A stretch of DNA of 63,976 bases, filler included, from Craspedostauros australis (taxonomy: Eukaryota), in the NCBI GenBank assembly GCA_030167865.1. It is 9 parts of 9 records of this genome, joined end to end, with 100 filler letters (N's around TTAATTAATTAA, not from the genome) between each part and the next. Parts side by side here need not be neighbours in the genome. Positions count along the whole stretch, not along the records: positions 52,349 to 61,378 come from JALAGF010001523.1; positions 61,479 to 62,873 come from JALAGF010001526.1; positions 62,974 to 63,976 come from JALAGF010001570.1; 6 more parts are not named here. The stretch is one strand, 5' to 3'. A program made the position numbers and the translations under genes. A model generated the notes under the pieces. The model did no database searches. It was not told the DNA's origin and saw only the letters and a program-made list of their open reading frames with translations. Below are positions 59,762 to 63,976 of the stretch, in pieces. Positions within the stretch are counted from its first letter, which is position 1, and every line of letters begins with the position of its first letter.

Positions 59762-61478
59762 GTTGCCCTACTCTCGTGATTGTGGGGGAGTGGATCCTGT
59801 TGGAGAAGGAGAGAGGCAGAGTCAGCAGGTGAGTGGGCGGGTGTGCGAGTGAGCAAGAATGTGTCAACAATTGCATGGAAACACTTCGAAGGCGGTAGCA
59901 AATGAAGAAACCAGGCGAAAGCCAATGCAGCAGCGGTAACAGCAGCTGCGAACAAGGAGAAGCCAGAGGTATTCACATCTACAGCTCGTTGGTTGCTTAC
60001 TTTCTCGCTTCGCCTCTCAACCTTCTGTGTCAACAGCGTCCGCTGCTCAACACGAGTATTGCACAACTCTCCCTATTCGCAATTCTATTGGCTGGTTGCT
60101 CTGTTTGGATTGTATTGCTTGCTTGCTTGACTGACCCCCTTGATTGCTTGGGTCTGTGTGCGAGCGTGACCGGGATGGCAGATCGTTTGCCACTGATCGA
60201 GAGGAGGTGCGACCGATCGCAACGAGAAGCAATGGCGTTGGGGAAGTGTGCGCCCTCGCGGCAACGTGGATCTGTGATGGCTATCGCGTTGGGCGCTCCT
60301 CCGCCTGACATGGACTCACCTTGGGTGCTGATCTTCGACGAAGGCGTCCTGAACAGACTCCTCTCCTTGATGGCAAGGGAGGAAGCTGACAGGTGCGAAA
60401 CGGGGAAGGTAGGGAGAAGCAAACCGCAACTTCGCTCTACTTGAACGCGCATCTCCTTCCACTCCTCCCGTTGTTCCATGTTGCTCCTCGATGGTTCTTT
60501 CTCCCGCCTGTCACCTCGCGTGCGCGCAAACAAAAAGGAAAATTGGTTTCCCTTGAAGCTCCCACACCGGATTGTGTTTTGGCGCGCATTTCACTTCGTT
60601 TGCAAGTGTTTTTACACCGTTTCACGTCCAACCGCCGTGTTCAATATCAATCTGGACCATTGCATTAAGCAGAGTAAGCACAACCAGTACCGATACGGAA
60701 GGTCTTTTTAGCCATTCGAGGTTCAATGCCCCCAAGAATAAAGAGAAGCGTTGCCGCCACCTAGTTCGTTTGGTTTTATCAACGCAATCCGTTCCGAATT
60801 GGATCCCGTTCGATGCAATTACTTAATGAGATCCGGAGTTGGTGACACGACTTCCATAGGTGTTGATGCCGAGTCAGGGCACTTTGCTCGTGATGTGTTG
60901 CGGGTGCATTCCCCCAGTTGAGATTCAATGAGGGACAGACTATTACCGAACACGGTATCAACCTGATGGGAGAAATTCTTGGTTTTGGCGCGAAATCTTC
61001 CGACTTGATCGACCACCAAATCTTTTCTCCTCCTTTCTCTCCTCCATTCACGAATCCATCATGACCCAAACATGACCAACCTGACTCACATCCCACCTTG
61101 GGAACTATATGCTCCTCAGATCCTTTTACTACAACATACTTTGATTCCCTCCATGCTGATGACTACTGCACCACTGCCGTGGTCTTAACGCGTGTATCCA
61201 ACCTGCTTCAACTCAAACAATGGAATCCGAGAGCCAGCTCCAACCACAGCCACTGCTTCATGGTCGTCACTGCCACATGCCATGATCTACACTGCAGTGT
61301 ATCTACGTATGTGGAGAGCAAGGCGCTGTAATGACTGTATACCCTGTAGCACTGAACCAAGTACATCAGTGCAGGGTCNNNNNNNNNNNNNNNNNNNNNN
61401 NNNNNNNNNNNNNNNNNNNNNNTTAATTAATTAANNNNNNNNNNNNNNNNNNNNNNNNNNNNNNNNNNNNNNNNNNNN

Positions 61479-62873
61479 CCATCATCGCTGCTGCTTCCGT
61501 TGCTGCTTCCATCATCGCTGTCGCTGTCGCTGATACCGCTGAGGGTGGGTGGGCACTTCGAAGGCTTGAATCGGATCTCAGCGATGGATCCAGATCCGAA
61601 GTACTCAAATTGGATTCGTTGAAGGTCGGAATACATGGTCTTCTGGTTTTCATCTTGGTCGAAGGAGTCCGACCACAGCCCGTTGTTTCCTGCCAGGGCC
61701 GTGTCGTACTCATTGGTGCGAGGGTCTTTGGTCACATCTTCACCGGTCTTCCAGACCCTGATCTTTGGTGCGTTACCGTCGTCAGAGTCAAGAAGCTTGG
61801 CGTATGTGAATTGCACATCTCCAGCGATGGCATCGTTGAAGTCAAACGTGATCCATCCACCCGCTCCAGTGTCATCGGGGCATGACTTGGCTCCTTCTTG
61901 GATGACGAGGACATTTCCAAGGAGTTCGGATGGGCAGTTTCTCCAGGTCCCAGACTCACCTCCTTGTCCTTGTCCAGGTCCCGATGACTTCTTTCCAGGC
62001 GTTGACAATGGGCATTGGTTGTTGGGAGAGCCAAGGCTGAAATCACCATCATCGTCGTCCTCCGGATTGCACTTCTCGTTGCCACCGGCCGCGTTTGGCT
62101 TGTTGGTGTTGAAGACGCGAACCGCGCCTCCTGCTTGGCTGTGGAGCGACGCATCCCATACATCGTCGGTGTACTTGGTGGGATTGTGCTCCTCGAAGCC
62201 GTATCGATCTTCCCAGGCAGAGCCGATGGGGAATTGCTTCTTGGGCAACGGGGTGAACCCGAGGNTAGGGTCGCTGGACTTGGATTCGCCGATGATCTTC
62301 ACACCGTACTTGTTCCAGTAGTCATCGTAGACATAGGAATACTCCGGGAGGTCGTTGAAGTCCAAGACGACCTCGGGACACTCTGGATCTGGTCCGCCCA
62401 ATGTTCCGATGCAGGTCGGGCTGCACATGATGCCGTAGGTGTACTTCACGGTCTCCTCGGAGGTGGAAACGTGACAACAGTCCGGAATGTGGGCATCTCC
62501 TTCCACACTTGGATCGACGACGAAGATATCAACGACTGTGATGGGATTGAGCATGGTGCAGCTGGCGGTGAAGGTGAGTGCGTTCCCGCCTGGTACGTTT
62601 TCGAAGGCTTCGCACTCAGATCCGCCCATGCCTCCTGTCTTGTATTGCACGATGACGTTGTCGGCTTCTTGCGGAGTCCAAACCTGGCTGACCTTGAACT
62701 TGACAGAGCTGCCATTCTGCTCGAGGATCTCGATAGCTGGGGCTGAGGTTTGCGTGCTGCCGACTTGATGGATCTTCTGGAAGTCGTTGGGGCAGATTGC
62801 GGGCCCATCAGACGTTGTGGTCGGCGGGAGAAGATCGAAGATGGCGTTGGCCGGTGCGGGCGACATCAACGAC
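61479..62873 (-). CDS. Internal fragment of a large Cys-rich, acidic, probably secreted or cell-surface protein
   Basis: Frame open across the whole contig. Modules 'CP.DF...VKFKVSQVW...C..F...C...VDIFV...IPDCC...YTY.I.C.P.C' and 'LDFNDL...YGVKI...GNVLVIQE...PDD...GG.I.FDF' recur in diatom extracellular proteins. PT/SD-rich linkers. Confidence 0.7.
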
Positions 62874-62973
62874 NNNNNNNNNNNNNNNNNNNNNNNNNNN
62901 NNNNNNNNNNNNNNNNNTTAATTAATTAANNNNNNNNNNNNNNNNNNNNNNNNNNNNNNNNNNNNNNNNNNNN

Positions 62974-63976
62974 CCTGATTCTCCCAATGCCAATGACAAC
63001 TTGCCCACAGCTTCCACTCCAGTTGCAACAACCGGCCATCGCAATGTCTCTCCATCCCAGCAGCTTCATCCCTTTGGACAAGTTTTGGATGATGGAATGG
63101 GTGATGCAGGCAAACACATCCATGAAGAAGAAGGAGATGGCATCTGTGTCGACAGCAACAACGAGGGCGCGGTGCCTACAGTGGTGCCTCCAAATCTGGT
63201 TGGTGATTTTGGAGTCCAACCGTGCTCACTTCCTGGTTACAACCATCGCATCGTCCTCCCTCCCAAGAAGGGGAGTAGGGAGATCTCTGTGGAGTGGAAG
63301 GTGCTCTCGGCCTACGAGCATGCAACAAAAGTGACTGTTGGAGAAGCCCACAAGCTTGCTCTCCTCCATGCAAAGGAAGAGACTCGTTCACTGTGAGCAG
63401 CTGTCTTGCAACGCTTCCCCAAGACTCCTCCTGGGTCTCCACCATACGTGCCAACACCCCACGACTTGATCCAAGATGTGCTGGGCCCCACATCTCCCAT
63501 TTTCATCTGTGCATTTGGCCCAAATGGGCTGGTTTTCTCATATGCTGAGTACATGGAGTTCCTCTATGCCATCACATCACAGATGGTGGAAGGCTGCACC
63601 ATTCGTCGGCTCTATGATGGCGGCAACGCTGCCACGCTTCCCAGCTTTCCCACCAGACAGCAGTACGTCAATCTCTGGGATCGTATTCGACGCAATGGAA
63701 ACTCTGTCTCTCGGAATGGCCATCGCTTTGTTTGGACCGAATTCGAAAGGGCTTTCAACATGACGCTTGAGATTCTTTGTCTTCGTCATCGTTGCCCGAA
63801 TCGGATNGTCACATTGGATGATGACAAGGTTCATTTCAGCAGCCGTGCAGAGACCAGCTATCTGCTTGGCATGAGACATACTCATGCAAATTGTAATGGG
63901 TAAGTGACGAACAGCATTGTGTGTTTTGTTGCAGAGGGGTGGCATCTCCATTTCATATTTCAATTCCTCACCCCAG
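62974..63976 (+). pseudogene. Decayed transposase-like ORF (piggyBac-like DDD suspected)
   Basis: 63001-63396 and 63406-63903 are one frame with stops at 63394 and 63901. '...FVWTEFERAFN...VTLDDDKVHF...G*VTNSIV' is arranged like the first catalytic strand of piggyBac-type enzymes. The segment looks CpG-poor. Confidence 0.45.

Noticed and set aside
63900..63934. GTAAGT...TTGCAG as an intron removing the TAA
   Set aside because: Only 35 nt and it would shift the frame. A point-mutation stop explains it more simply.

Overview
Eukaryotic nuclear DNA, most likely from a pennate diatom. This rests on ASAF-type bipartite plastid presequences, GT-AG introns, a membrane cyclase-phosphodiesterase fusion gene, and CoDi-like copia and Ambal-like LINE elements. 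The window is not one locus: it is nine contigs joined by an artificial 100-bp linker (N44-TTAATTAATTAA-N44), so neighbourhoods across linkers are meaningless. Host genes: plastid-targeted dihydroxyacetone kinase, a plastid-targeted unknown protein, a signal-peptide-bearing aldo-keto reductase, a TPR protein, a SAM methyltransferase, a GT34-like glycosyltransferase, a 1443-aa cyclase-PDE fusion and several partial or unknown genes. About a third of the window is nested transposons. The most interesting signals are in the copia element at 20929-25360: a candidate -1 ribosomal frameshift cassette (GGATTTT plus a hairpin) at the gag-pol junction, and a PDZ-like module between integrase and RT. 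Also notable: an LTR-like family found twice, each time inside another retroelement's ORF; a near-intact APE-RT-RNase H LINE with an ATGA ORF1/ORF2 overlap; and pervasive CpG-type decay of the copia elements. No rRNA, tRNA or CRISPR was found. All family assignments come from motif recognition by eye, not database searches, so novelty is unverified.
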